Positions 49,645-59,106 of a DNA stretch of 64,000 bases are shown here, in pieces. Location: contig JBEEPK010000001.1 in assembly GCA_041191145.1 (NCBI GenBank), forward strand, positions 836-64,835, in the 5' to 3' direction. The stretch's first letter is position 1; each line of letters opens with the position of its first letter. The translations under genes and the position numbers were made by a program. The notes under the pieces are model-generated. The model saw only the letters and a list, made by a program, of their open reading frames with translations, made no database searches and was not told the DNA's origin. Source of the DNA: Bacteroidota bacterium (GTDB lineage Bacteria > Bacteroidota > Ignavibacteria > Kapaibacteriales > UBA961).

Positions 49645-52600
49645 CTCATAATTCCCTGGATTTTCTGCAATCGATCAAAATACTGGCGAATCATGATTTC
49701 ATAATCTTTTGTATATCCTTTTCCTAGAGATCTAAGTACATCCTGCATGGCTCTTTGTCGACTCTCGGGAGTGGAAAGATCAAGTGGTGGTGGACTTTTT
49801 CCAACTATGTCTTGTCCGCTTCTTGCCTCTCTTTTCATTTCATAATCTCTTTCATTGATGGATCGCGTTGCATCAAGCAGTCGAGAAAGTATTTTATCTT
49901 GTCTTCTTTTTGTTTCAGGTGTGATCATTCCATTCTGCATTGCACTGACAACTTCCTGCATTTCATCGGCAATTTGCTGCAAGTCTCCCAGGGCCTGCTT
50001 TTTGCCGGTTGGATCTTGTTGCTGTTTAGCCAATTCTTGCATTGCCTGCTGCGCTTTGCCTTGCTGAGCGGCGAGTCTGGCCAATTGTTGCTGTTGTTGT
50101 GGAGACAAACTTCCATCAGACCCGGGCTGTGGCATACCTTGATTGATTTGTTGTTGCATGCCTGCCATATTCTGCAATTGTTGCATGAATCCACCACTTC
50201 CGGGTTTAGGCTCGCCATTTCCACCCGGATTATCACAAGATCCTTCTCCTTCACCTTGAAGTTTGTTCAAGGCATCTTGCATCTTTATGGATGCCTTATT
50301 GAGTGAATTCATTGCTTGTGCTTGAGATTGAGATGCCATTTGAGGATTTCTCTGCGACAATTGCTCAGATGCTTTTTGCATGCCTTGCATTGCATTGGAC
50401 ATTTCTTTTACCATTTCCGGCGTGACAGATTGTGACTTTTGTGCCAATTGCATGAGTTCTGACGCCATTTTTGACATCTGTTCTTGTAGTTTGGCTTGCT
50501 CTTGCGCGGATTGAGGCATTTGTGTGGAATTGAAATCCAATGTTTGATTGCGAGATTTTTGTGCTTCTTGTTGCTTGGAAAGAGACAATGTTTCTTGAAC
50601 TGATTTCTGCAATTGCTTGATTGCTTCTTTATTCATGTTCTTTTTCATCTCTTGCTTCATTTGCTTCATTTGCTTTGCAAACTTTTTCATTGATTGCGAA
50701 GCCTTTTTCTGTTTTTGAGCAGAAGAATTCATCTGACCTTGTTCCATGTCACTTTGAGCTTCTTGCATGTCATTGGATGTTTCTTGTTCTGACAACTCCT
50801 GCTTTGCTTTTTCAAGCTCTTCCATTGGCATGTTTTGCTTGAGTTCTTTCATCAAATCTTCTAGTTCTTTGAGTTCAGAAGCCATGTCTTTCATGTCTTT
50901 TTGCAAGGACTCCTGATTCTTACTCAAATCATTTCTTTCTTTTGTATCCTTAGGATTTGTGTTCTCGGTTCTTTGCGTAAGTTCATCTTGCTTTTGGGCC
51001 AGTTCTTCCGCACGACGAATCAATGCATCTGTTTTTTGCTCTGCTTGCATTCTTTTGAGGAGATTCATGGTTCTTTCAATTCCCTTTTTGAATTCTTCCT
51101 CATTAAATTTCATATTTTTCATGGCTTGGCGCATTTGCTCGGGATCCACTTGCTGCATGGCCTTTTGCATTGCATCCATTGCTTTGCGAAGTTCAGGTGA
51201 ATTGATCTCTTTCATCAATTGCTGCAGTTTTTGATATTCTTGTATGGTCTCAGGAGACAATGCATTCTTCTCTTGAAGATCATTGGTCATTTCTTGCAAT
51301 TGATCTCCTATTTCAGATAATTGCTTTTGGAGATCTGCTTGCTTCTTGAGAATATTCTCGATATTCTTCACATCTTTCCATTCCATGGATTGATCTTGCT
51401 TAAGCAATTCTCTTTGCAATTCCTCTAATTCCTTTCCAATCTTTTCTGCTTCTTTGGCAGTCTTTTCGAGTGTTTCCAATGCTTTATCTTGCACTGAATC
51501 CGCCTGAGACAAGACCTCATCAAGTGATGGAAGTCTTACCGAAATGATTCCGGTGCGAGCTTTCCCTGGACCTGTTACGGTATTATTATCAGCAATCTCG
51601 ATATAAAATTCATATTTGTCGCTTGGCGCAATTCCAATAAGATTCAAATCCCAAGTATAGCCAATATCTGCACTGAGTCCGGATCCCGAGGGAATCGGCA
51701 TTGACAATGAAGCATATTTCTCCATTGGTGGAGCATATTTGGAATCAATTAATCGATAATACAATTTGAGCGAAGAAAACCCATAATCATCGCTTATATG
51801 AACTGCAATTGGAAGTCTTGCCGATTCGGATAATACACCATCCCCTTGGGGTTCAATGAGTGAAATCGTTGGACTATTATCAGAAATTGCGGTTACTGAA
51901 TAATGAATGGGGTCAGCATTCGAACGACCATCCTTATCAATGATGCTGATGCAATATTCACCATCACGAGTGAGAGTAAAAGAACCGCTTGCCTTCATTG
52001 CATTTACATTCATTGAAATCTTGACGGTGTCATATGACTTTACATCAGAAACCTTTTCATCTGCCGATATCTTGGGATTCAACAAGAGGATGAATGCTTT
52101 TGATAATTCTTTATTTGCATCCACTTCAAGTTTCACAGAAGTTCCTTGCAATGCAAGTAGATCAGCTGATTGCTCATCAATTGTTCTACCCGATTGCTTG
52201 CTATATCCCGGAGGTGATACGGTTCCGGACAATGAACGAATCTCGGGTCTATCAATGACTTGAATATTTCCCTTTGGTGATAATACCTGCTCTGCGAGCC
52301 ATTCAGCATGCGCATAGAATGAAAGTGATGCTTTTGCAGATGGAATCTCATATCGGTATATATGCGCAGTGTCTGTTATGATTGCAACAGTGTCATACGT
52401 ATCCTGCATGTCTTCTTTGATATGCAAAATGATCTTTGGAGGGAGAGTCCCTTTAACACTGATGAGAATTTCTTCCTTGCTACCACGAAGTACCGTTTTG
52501 TGTATGGGAGAAATATCCAAACTATACGGTGCAGGCGGTATAAAGGACTGTTGATATTGAATCAATCTATTCAGAGATTCTCTGAGAGGACTGAATCCTA

Positions 52601-53135
52601 TAAACATGATGAGCGATATACCGAGGGCTGACATGAAGAAAATCAAAGCACGCTTTCTTTCTTGTTCATCGATAACTTCATAAAAATCCTTTTCCCTACT
52701 TTTTTTCTCAACTTCATCGAATGCAGCATTAATGAAAGGTAATGCTGAGAGTGGATATTGCTCTTTTTTTGACATCATTTGCAATGCATTATGCAATGTA
52801 TCACGTATATCTTCAAAGATGGAACCAACACGATTTGCAATTGCGAAGTGTGTTTCTTCTTTTGAAGATCTCATCAATTGTCTGATTGGAAAGATGCTCA
52901 ATATGCCAAGTGATCCAATTGATATGCATAACCAAGCAAAGAACAAGAATGTTCTGAAGGCTATATTTCCATTTGCAAAAACTTCTAACCCTGAAAAAAT
53001 GAGCGCTGTCATGATTGATATCAACAAAGCATGAAAAAGAGCAGTATTCAATTTGATGAATTGCTCTTTTTTATGAACCGAACGTAGTCTATCAATGACT
53101 TGTTCAGAGGAATTGCTCTGTGTGATTTCCTGCAT
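49641..53135 (-). CDS. Giant (1164-aa) uncharacterised membrane protein: N-terminal double TM, a further TM, Ig-like beta domains, then about 550 aa of Gln/Lys/Glu/Met-rich coiled coil
   Basis: TM pairs sit at about residues 30-85 and 165-185. Beta-rich modules include SGSFTLTRDGEYCISIIDKDGRSNADPIHYSVTAISDNSPTISL. An extended heptad-like low-complexity region runs about residues 560-1100 (...QKQLSEIGDQLQEMTNDLQEK..., ...QQQQQLARLAAQQGKAQQAMQELAKQQQ...). The ORF is intact and in an operon context. Confidence 0.7.
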   Translation of the reverse strand: MQEITQSNSSEQVIDRLRSVHKKEQFIKLNTALFHALLISIMTALIFSGLEVFANGNIAFRTFLFFAWLCISIGSLGILSIFPIRQLMRSSKEETHFAIANRVGSIFEDIRDTLHNALQMMSKKEQYPLSALPFINAAFDEVEKKSREKDFYEVIDEQERKRALIFFMSALGISLIMFIGFSPLRESLNRLIQYQQSFIPPAPYSLDISPIHKTVLRGSKEEILISVKGTLPPKIILHIKEDMQDTYDTVAIITDTAHIYRYEIPSAKASLSFYAHAEWLAEQVLSPKGNIQVIDRPEIRSLSGTVSPPGYSKQSGRTIDEQSADLLALQGTSVKLEVDANKELSKAFILLLNPKISADEKVSDVKSYDTVKISMNVNAMKASGSFTLTRDGEYCISIIDKDGRSNADPIHYSVTAISDNSPTISLIEPQGDGVLSESARLPIAVHISDDYGFSSLKLYYRLIDSKYAPPMEKYASLSMPIPSGSGLSADIGYTWDLNLIGIAPSDKYEFYIEIADNNTVTGPGKARTGIISVRLPSLDEVLSQADSVQDKALETLEKTAKEAEKIGKELEELQRELLKQDQSMEWKDVKNIENILKKQADLQKQLSEIGDQLQEMTNDLQEKNALSPETIQEYQKLQQLMKEINSPELRKAMDAMQKAMQQVDPEQMRQAMKNMKFNEEEFKKGIERTMNLLKRMQAEQKTDALIRRAEELAQKQDELTQRTENTNPKDTKERNDLSKNQESLQKDMKDMASELKELEDLMKELKQNMPMEELEKAKQELSEQETSNDMQEAQSDMEQGQMNSSAQKQKKASQSMKKFAKQMKQMKQEMKKNMNKEAIKQLQKSVQETLSLSKQQEAQKSRNQTLDFNSTQMPQSAQEQAKLQEQMSKMASELMQLAQKSQSVTPEMVKEMSNAMQGMQKASEQLSQRNPQMASQSQAQAMNSLNKASIKMQDALNKLQGEGEGSCDNPGGNGEPKPGSGGFMQQLQNMAGMQQQINQGMPQPGSDGSLSPQQQQQLARLAAQQGKAQQAMQELAKQQQDPTGKKQALGDLQQIADEMQEVVSAMQNGMITPETKRRQDKILSRLLDATRSINERDYEMKREARSGQDIVGKSPPPLDLSTPESRQRAMQDVLRSLGKGYTKDYEIMIRQYFDRLQKIQGIMR

Positions 53136-53136
53136 A

Positions 53137-53808
53137 TTATCTGCTCAATGCATAGACAATGATATTTGTTCCGATCTTTAAAGATGCTTCTCTTTTTTCG
53201 GGTGGGTCATGATGAACATCAGGATCTGCCCAGCCATCGCTTGGATTTGTCTCATATGTATAATACACACATAATTTACCTTCATGAAATAGTCCCAATC
53301 CTTCAGGTGATTTTGCATCGTGTTCATGAATTTTGGGAAGTCCATTTGGAAATGTATAATGGGCAGAATACAAAGGATGATCGAATGGTAACTCGACGAA
53401 TTTCTGATTTGGAAATACTTTACTCATCTCTTTTCTAATAGATGCATCCATTCCATAATCATCGTCTATGTATAGGAATCCACCATTCTCCAAATATGCT
53501 CTTAGCCGTCTTGCTTCAGCATCTGTAAGATTCATGGTTCCATGTCCTGTAAGAAACAACAAAGGATACAAAAAGATATTATCAGTTGCTAAATCCACAA
53601 ATTCATAAGTTGGTTCTGTCTGTATGGTTGTATGCTCATTCACATATTTCAATAAATTCACTTCTGAAGATTGATCATTATACCAATCTCCTCCTCCTGA
53701 ATATTTCACCCTTGCAAGTTTAATTTTACTTGTTGTTTGTAATTGTGCCTCAAGCGTTAAGCACATAAGAAACATACATAGGAAATATGTAAGAATTGTT
53801 TTCATCAA
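53137..53808 (-). CDS. Secreted hypothetical protein (recollection: DUF4159 family)
   Basis: A signal peptide MMKTILTYFLCMFLMCLTLEA precedes a 223-aa product with FLYPLLFLTGHGTMNLTDAEARRLRAYLENGGFLYIDDDYG. There is a 1-nt gap to the giant gene and a 4-nt overlap with glmM. The family label is from memory. Confidence 0.55.
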   Translation of the reverse strand: MMKTILTYFLCMFLMCLTLEAQLQTTSKIKLARVKYSGGGDWYNDQSSEVNLLKYVNEHTTIQTEPTYEFVDLATDNIFLYPLLFLTGHGTMNLTDAEARRLRAYLENGGFLYIDDDYGMDASIRKEMSKVFPNQKFVELPFDHPLYSAHYTFPNGLPKIHEHDAKSPEGLGLFHEGKLCVYYTYETNPSDGWADPDVHHDPPEKREASLKIGTNIIVYALSR

Positions 53809-55163
53809 TCTTGAAACTGCATCAGGAGTGATTGTACATAGTGTTGAACTCTTTTCTCATCCAAACATTCAATGATATATCGTAAAATCGGCTCGGTATT
53901 TGACATTCGAACATGCATCCATCCATCTGAGAATTGCATCCATATGCCATCATCTTTACGAATCTCAATGATAGTACTTGCGAATTGTCGTTCTATTCTC
54001 TGAAATATTTCATCAGCCGAACCGGACCAAGGCATTTTTCCTTTGATCATATATGTTTTTGGAAGCATTTCAGCCAATGTGCTGAGAGATTTGCCTGTTT
54101 TCTTCATCAATGCAATGATGAGTGATATGCCAATAAGGGAATCGCGTCCAAAATGACATGCTGGAAGAATGACTCCACCGCTTCCTTCCCCACCTATGAT
54201 GCATTCATGTTCTTTCAGTGCTTGAACAACATTAATCTCACCTACCGGAGTTCTATGAACCTTCCAACCATTATTCTTAGCCAAAATTTCACTCATGCTT
54301 GAAGTAGACATATTGATGGCTATTGAATATGAATCTTGTTTCAAGTCAGCGCATTCAAGAATTGCCAAGATGCATAAGGCGATAGTTTTTTCCTCACCAA
54401 TTGCATTTCCTTGTTCATCGATCAATACCAATCGATCAGCATCGGGATCCACGGCAATTCCGAGCTGAGCTGAATGTTTGCATACGGCTGACATCAGATC
54501 TGTCAAATGCTCGGTCAATGGTTCAGGAGTATGAGGAAATTCGCCGGTATTGTCACAATACAGAGGAATACACTCGCAGTCTAGCGATTCAAGCAAAGCT
54601 GGTACGAATGTGCTTCCCGAAGCATTCACTGCATCGACAACTGCAAATATGGGAATCTTTACATGTGGTAAGTCAATTCCTAATAATTGAAGAGATGCAT
54701 GAATTTTTGCAATATGCTGTTCTGAAGGATTTTCAACTACAATACAATTTCCCGGATTGATATTTTCTTCAATAGCATTATCATCCAGATAATTCCAGAA
54801 ATCACGATTTTCTTCTGCATTGAGAAATACACCTCCTGCATTGAGGAATTTCATTCCATTCCACTCACTAGGATTATGAGACGCAGTGATGGAAATCCCT
54901 CCAATTGCATTGGAATGTTCGGTTTCAAGTTGTACTGAAGGCGTTGGAGCAATCCCCAATGAAATAACTTCTCTGCCATATGCATTGAGCGTAGCAATGA
55001 TCACTTCTTCCATCCAGACTCCTGAAGGACGGCCATCTCTTCCGATGACTATGGGTCCGGGTGGTAGATAAGCGGCAAAAGCCCTTGAATATGAAGCAAT
55101 CAACTCTTGAGTCAATTCATCATTTGTAACTCTAAGCCCTGATATCGAGCGTATACATGCCAT
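53805..55163 (-). CDS. glmM: Phosphoglucosamine mutase / phosphohexomutase family
   Basis: It has the active-site serine loop ISITASHNPSEWNGMKF, a metal-binding DPDADR and a sugar-binding GGEGSGG. Confidence 0.8.
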   Translation of the reverse strand: MACIRSISGLRVTNDELTQELIASYSRAFAAYLPPGPIVIGRDGRPSGVWMEEVIIATLNAYGREVISLGIAPTPSVQLETEHSNAIGGISITASHNPSEWNGMKFLNAGGVFLNAEENRDFWNYLDDNAIEENINPGNCIVVENPSEQHIAKIHASLQLLGIDLPHVKIPIFAVVDAVNASGSTFVPALLESLDCECIPLYCDNTGEFPHTPEPLTEHLTDLMSAVCKHSAQLGIAVDPDADRLVLIDEQGNAIGEEKTIALCILAILECADLKQDSYSIAINMSTSSMSEILAKNNGWKVHRTPVGEINVVQALKEHECIIGGEGSGGVILPACHFGRDSLIGISLIIALMKKTGKSLSTLAEMLPKTYMIKGKMPWSGSADEIFQRIERQFASTIIEIRKDDGIWMQFSDGWMHVRMSNTEPILRYIIECLDEKRVQHYVQSLLMQFQD

Positions 55164-55231
55164 GATAATCTAAAATAAAATGCTGCAGAATGGTCCTGCA
55201 AATATACCGTGTTCCACGATTATGGTGTCAT

Positions 55232-55261
55232 AAAAAAAGGCCATCCGAAATTCGAATGGCC
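55232..55261 (-). terminator. Rho-independent terminator downstream of the OmpA/PD40 gene
   Basis: A hairpin ggccatccgaa/ttcgaatggcc, read on the minus strand, is followed by TTTTTTT (the A-run at 55232-55238 on the plus strand). Confidence 0.65.
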
Positions 55262-55282
55262 TTATATCCTTTTCTGTAAAGA

Positions 55283-58039
55283 TTATTCTTCTTCTATCGG
55301 AGTCTGAATATAGATCTTAACAGTTCTATTATACAATCTGCCTTCTGGCAATTCATTGATAAAGAATGGTAAATCTTCACCAACACCTTTTGATTCCAAA
55401 ACTTGGAATTGACCTCTCGTTGCATTACGAATTGCAGTTTCTACTGTCTTTGCGCGATTGGTAGACAATTTCGCATTTGATTCAAACATACCAATTACGT
55501 CAGTATGTCCTTCTACGGAGATCTCAGACTTGGGCATTGTGCGAGTAAATACAAATTCCTTCATGATACGCTCATTAAATGGACCTGCATCATAACGATT
55601 GAATGGGAAGAGTACGAGCTTATAACTTTCGCGAGTTTTTGCACCTGCTTTCTCAACTTTTACGCCAGGCTTATTCTTCACTATCATCACTTTAATCATG
55701 ATCGGTTCTGAAGCACATTCAGTACCATTGATGCTCTTTACGATAAGTCTTGCTGAAAATGCACCTTCATCATTGATTGATTCTTCCAATTTGGCTCCGG
55801 CAGCATTTTTCCAGTCCCAAGTATATGTTTTTTCTGACTTTCCGACTTTAGTGAGAGTAATCCACTCACCATCACCGCGCTTGACTTCGATTCTGCGTGA
55901 TTCAACCAATCCTTCATCAATACCATTATCCAATTGGAAATCCATCGTCAAAGGTGTTGGGAAGATTGTAGGCTCACGGTCGATCAGAGGCTTACGAACT
56001 TGCCAAAGATCTTCTTCGGAACTACTTGCGAATGTAAGTTCAGTTCTACGATTTTCGACATTACTATACAATTTACTCTGAGGATCTTTATCGCTTGTTT
56101 TAGAAGCAACCAATGCATCAGGAAGATTGCGTTTTTCAAGCTTCATTCTGCTTTCTTCAATACCCCAAACATTCTTGAGATAATCATAGACGATTTGAGC
56201 TCTTCTTTGAGAGAGATCCAAATCTTTTTCTCCTGGTGAAGTTTCATCATTACAACCTGTTACGGTTACGGAAACACTTGGATACTTCTTCAGGCGATAG
56301 CCATAAATATTCAATATGTCATAATACTTTTCAGGAGTATTTGCATCCTTATCACCTTTCACTCTTTCATCTGAGAAACCTGCTGTTTGCGCTGATGATG
56401 AGAATAAGCGATAGCGTGATGGGATTGTTGAAGAAGTAGAATCAAAGAATACATAAGGTAACAATGGGAACAAATCGATAGTTGCAACTTCTTCCAATAC
56501 CAAGCCCTTCCATGATGCAAGATTTGGATTTTTCTTGCTAATACGCTTTATATAATCTGCATATTCCATCTCAGCAGAAATTTGTGGTTTTCTTCCGAGA
56601 GTAATTCGAACAGGTGGCTCTTCCTTTGATTGCTTTGCCTTTTCTTCATCATAAGTTGTTTCAGGCTTGATAATGGTCACAGTTTGAGATTTTGTACCAT
56701 ACTTGTCATTTTGAGCCACTATTTCAAATTCAATTTTCTCTGATACATTGTCACCTGTGCCATAATCGGCATTTTGAACGATATATTGAAGCTCAGGTTT
56801 GCCTTGCTTTAATGAATCACGCTTAGATGTTCCAATATGCTTGTTCTTGATTGTCACTAGGGCAGGAATTCCTTCACCTGTACATTCATCAATCACAATA
56901 ACTCTGAGAATAACTGCTCTTGAGAATGGCGGAACAAATGCCATGAATACATCTTGGCCACCTTGAGAACGCTCAAAAGATCTATCTGAAGAGAAATAAA
57001 TAACATCGCCAGAAGCAGGGAATGATATAAATTCTTCATCGTCCTTTGAATTGATTCCAGGATATGGAATTGGTTCGGGTTTGGACCAGATATTCTTTTC
57101 AGCATCTTTCAATGTTGTGAAATAGAAATCTTTTGCACCAAGATTTGGGATATGACCAGTTGAAGCAAAATACAGAGTCACTCCGTCTTTTGCGATGAAA
57201 GGTCCTAGTTCTTCTCCTGAAGTATTTACCGGAGCACCAAGATTTTTTGCCGGTTTCCAATTACCTGATTCTTCATCAAAATCTGCATACCAAATATCAT
57301 AATTGGTATTACCAGGGTCTGAGTCCGTATTATTTGGTCCCAAACGGTTTGAAGAAAAGTAAATACGATTTCCATCAGGAGAAAGAGATGGTTGTGAATC
57401 CCAGAAATTTGAATTTACTTCTTTCCCAAGATTGGACGGTCTGCCCCATTTAACACCGTCGATTTCTGTCAAATACAAATCACATGAACCAAATCCATCC
57501 GGACGATCGCATGCAGTAAAAATAAGTCTTTGACCATCGGATGAAATCGATGCAGCACCTTCATTATAGATGGTGTTAACTGTGTTCTTGCTATTTTTTG
57601 GCTCTGGCTCAATATTGAACAGTGAGTCAGCTTGGAATTCATCCAATCTACCTTCTTTTTTTGATGCCCAAAAGTCATCCGATGCCGGACCACGATATTC
57701 TACATCATCACTTGACTTACTTCCCTTTCTATTCGATACGAAAAACAATGTTTTCCCATCAGCGGTAACCGTGGGTGCATACTCATCAGCACCTGTATTG
57801 ATTGCAGGACCAAGATTGATGATTTTGATATTCTTGGTTTTCAATGCATTTGCAGCATTGTCATCATCATCTGCTTCAATTGTTGCAGAATAGAGATACA
57901 AAGGTTCATTGGGAGCGGATTCTCCGGCCTTTGTAATAGCATTGAGCAATTTACCTTCTAATCTACCAGCTATTGCTGACTGCGTAACAGTACTTGCAAT
58001 AAGCATGAAGCTGAAGAGAAAGAGTAGTCGTTTTTTCAT
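55283..58039 (-). CDS. Large OmpA family protein with TolB-like (PD40/WD40-like) beta-propeller repeats and two OmpA-like domains
   Basis: A signal peptide is followed by PD40-like repeats (YFSSNRLGPNN, LYFASTGH), an OmpA-like segment LLPYVFFDSTSSTIP...RRAQIVYDYL, and a C-terminal segment VEGHTDVIGMFESNAKLSTNRAKTV. Confidence 0.85.
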   Translation of the reverse strand: MKKRLLFLFSFMLIASTVTQSAIAGRLEGKLLNAITKAGESAPNEPLYLYSATIEADDDDNAANALKTKNIKIINLGPAINTGADEYAPTVTADGKTLFFVSNRKGSKSSDDVEYRGPASDDFWASKKEGRLDEFQADSLFNIEPEPKNSKNTVNTIYNEGAASISSDGQRLIFTACDRPDGFGSCDLYLTEIDGVKWGRPSNLGKEVNSNFWDSQPSLSPDGNRIYFSSNRLGPNNTDSDPGNTNYDIWYADFDEESGNWKPAKNLGAPVNTSGEELGPFIAKDGVTLYFASTGHIPNLGAKDFYFTTLKDAEKNIWSKPEPIPYPGINSKDDEEFISFPASGDVIYFSSDRSFERSQGGQDVFMAFVPPFSRAVILRVIVIDECTGEGIPALVTIKNKHIGTSKRDSLKQGKPELQYIVQNADYGTGDNVSEKIEFEIVAQNDKYGTKSQTVTIIKPETTYDEEKAKQSKEEPPVRITLGRKPQISAEMEYADYIKRISKKNPNLASWKGLVLEEVATIDLFPLLPYVFFDSTSSTIPSRYRLFSSSAQTAGFSDERVKGDKDANTPEKYYDILNIYGYRLKKYPSVSVTVTGCNDETSPGEKDLDLSQRRAQIVYDYLKNVWGIEESRMKLEKRNLPDALVASKTSDKDPQSKLYSNVENRRTELTFASSSEEDLWQVRKPLIDREPTIFPTPLTMDFQLDNGIDEGLVESRRIEVKRGDGEWITLTKVGKSEKTYTWDWKNAAGAKLEESINDEGAFSARLIVKSINGTECASEPIMIKVMIVKNKPGVKVEKAGAKTRESYKLVLFPFNRYDAGPFNERIMKEFVFTRTMPKSEISVEGHTDVIGMFESNAKLSTNRAKTVETAIRNATRGQFQVLESKGVGEDLPFFINELPEGRLYNRTVKIYIQTPIEEE

Positions 58040-58085
58040 GGCATAACCTTGAAGTGAAAAACGTAATGTATCTAATTGTTATTTT

Positions 58086-58613
58086 TTATTCTATCGGACC
58101 GATTGTACAAAGGACAAAACCTTTCTCAATCGCAGAACCTTCATTTACATGAATTTCTTTGATGATACCATTTATCGGAGATTTCAAAGCATTCTCCATT
58201 TTCATGGCTTCGAGTACAAAGATGACTTCACCCTTCTTTACAGTTTGGCCAATTGTAACATTGATTACCTTCAGTAATCCCGGCATGGGAGCATTCACCT
58301 TCACAATGGAAAGTAAGGAAGCAGCTCCTGACTTGATGATTGTGCCATACTCGTACTGCCTATTATCACTCACTTTTGAAGAATATGTATATCCATTCAG
58401 TGAAATGTCAATACCTTGATGCGTTTTAGTGGCTATCACAATATGTCTCTCACTTGATGATTGATTGATCATTTCATAACACGATGGATATTCAAGTAGT
58501 GAATGAACAATGAAGGCATCTTTACCAACAATGATTGACGAACCTTCCACAAAGATTGGATTATCTTTGTTTTCAGCGGAAAATTCTGCTTCGGCATGAT
58601 AAGAAATTGCCAT
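58086..58613 (-). CDS. Biotin carboxyl carrier protein-like (biotinyl domain, EAMKM)
   Basis: The C-terminal biotinyl domain reads VKKGEVIFVLEAMKMENALKSPINGIIKEIHVNEG. No carboxylase or decarboxylase partner is present in the window. Confidence 0.7.
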   Translation of the reverse strand: MAISYHAEAEFSAENKDNPIFVEGSSIIVGKDAFIVHSLLEYPSCYEMINQSSSERHIVIATKTHQGIDISLNGYTYSSKVSDNRQYEYGTIIKSGAASLLSIVKVNAPMPGLLKVINVTIGQTVKKGEVIFVLEAMKMENALKSPINGIIKEIHVNEGSAIEKGFVLCTIGPIE

Positions 58614-58713
58614 GACAGGATAAAGTAAGTGCGAACAGGAACTATTTCAACGCGGAAATTTAGACAAATTTTTCATTTTAGGCACCCATATTGCATGTAA
58701 AGTTGTCCACATC

Positions 58714-59085
58714 ATGAAATTTCCACAGTTAATCAATGAATCATCTATGAATCAGAATAATGATTTTTACAATAGAGTGTATGACATAGTTCGCAATATA
58801 CCTCGTGGAAAAGTAACGACTTATGGCATCATTGCTGGTTTTTTGGGTGCAAAAAGCTCCTCAAGACTTGTTGGTTGGGCTTTGAATGCGGTCATAGACA
58901 GAGTGGACATTCCATGTCACAGAGTGGTTAATCGATTAGGTGAATTATCAGGTAAAATGCATTTTGATCATCCAACTCAAATGAAAGACAGACTTCTTGC
59001 AGAGAATGTTTCATTTATCGGAGAAGCCGTAGATTTGACTAAACATCTTTGGAAGCCAGAAGATGCACTCGATGATTTACAGTAA
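58714..59085 (+). CDS. MGMT-family (O6-alkylguanine-DNA alkyltransferase DNA-binding domain) small protein
   Basis: This 123-aa protein has TYGIIAGFLG...IPCHRVVN (the PCHR active-site Cys context) and lacks the N-terminal Ada/Ogt domain. Confidence 0.7.
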   Translation: MKFPQLINESSMNQNNDFYNRVYDIVRNIPRGKVTTYGIIAGFLGAKSSSRLVGWALNAVIDRVDIPCHRVVNRLGELSGKMHFDHPTQMKDRLLAENVSFIGEAVDLTKHLWKPEDALDDLQ

Positions 59086-59106
59086 TTTCCATAGGAATGA
59101 ATTATC

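Noticed and set aside
49835-51455. Repetitive-looking DNA in the Gln-rich segment (possible tandem repeat or CRISPR-like array)
   Set aside because: The repetitiveness is imperfect codon-level low complexity (CAA/CAG/AAG/GAA runs) inside a continuous ORF. There are no unit-length direct repeats with spacers.
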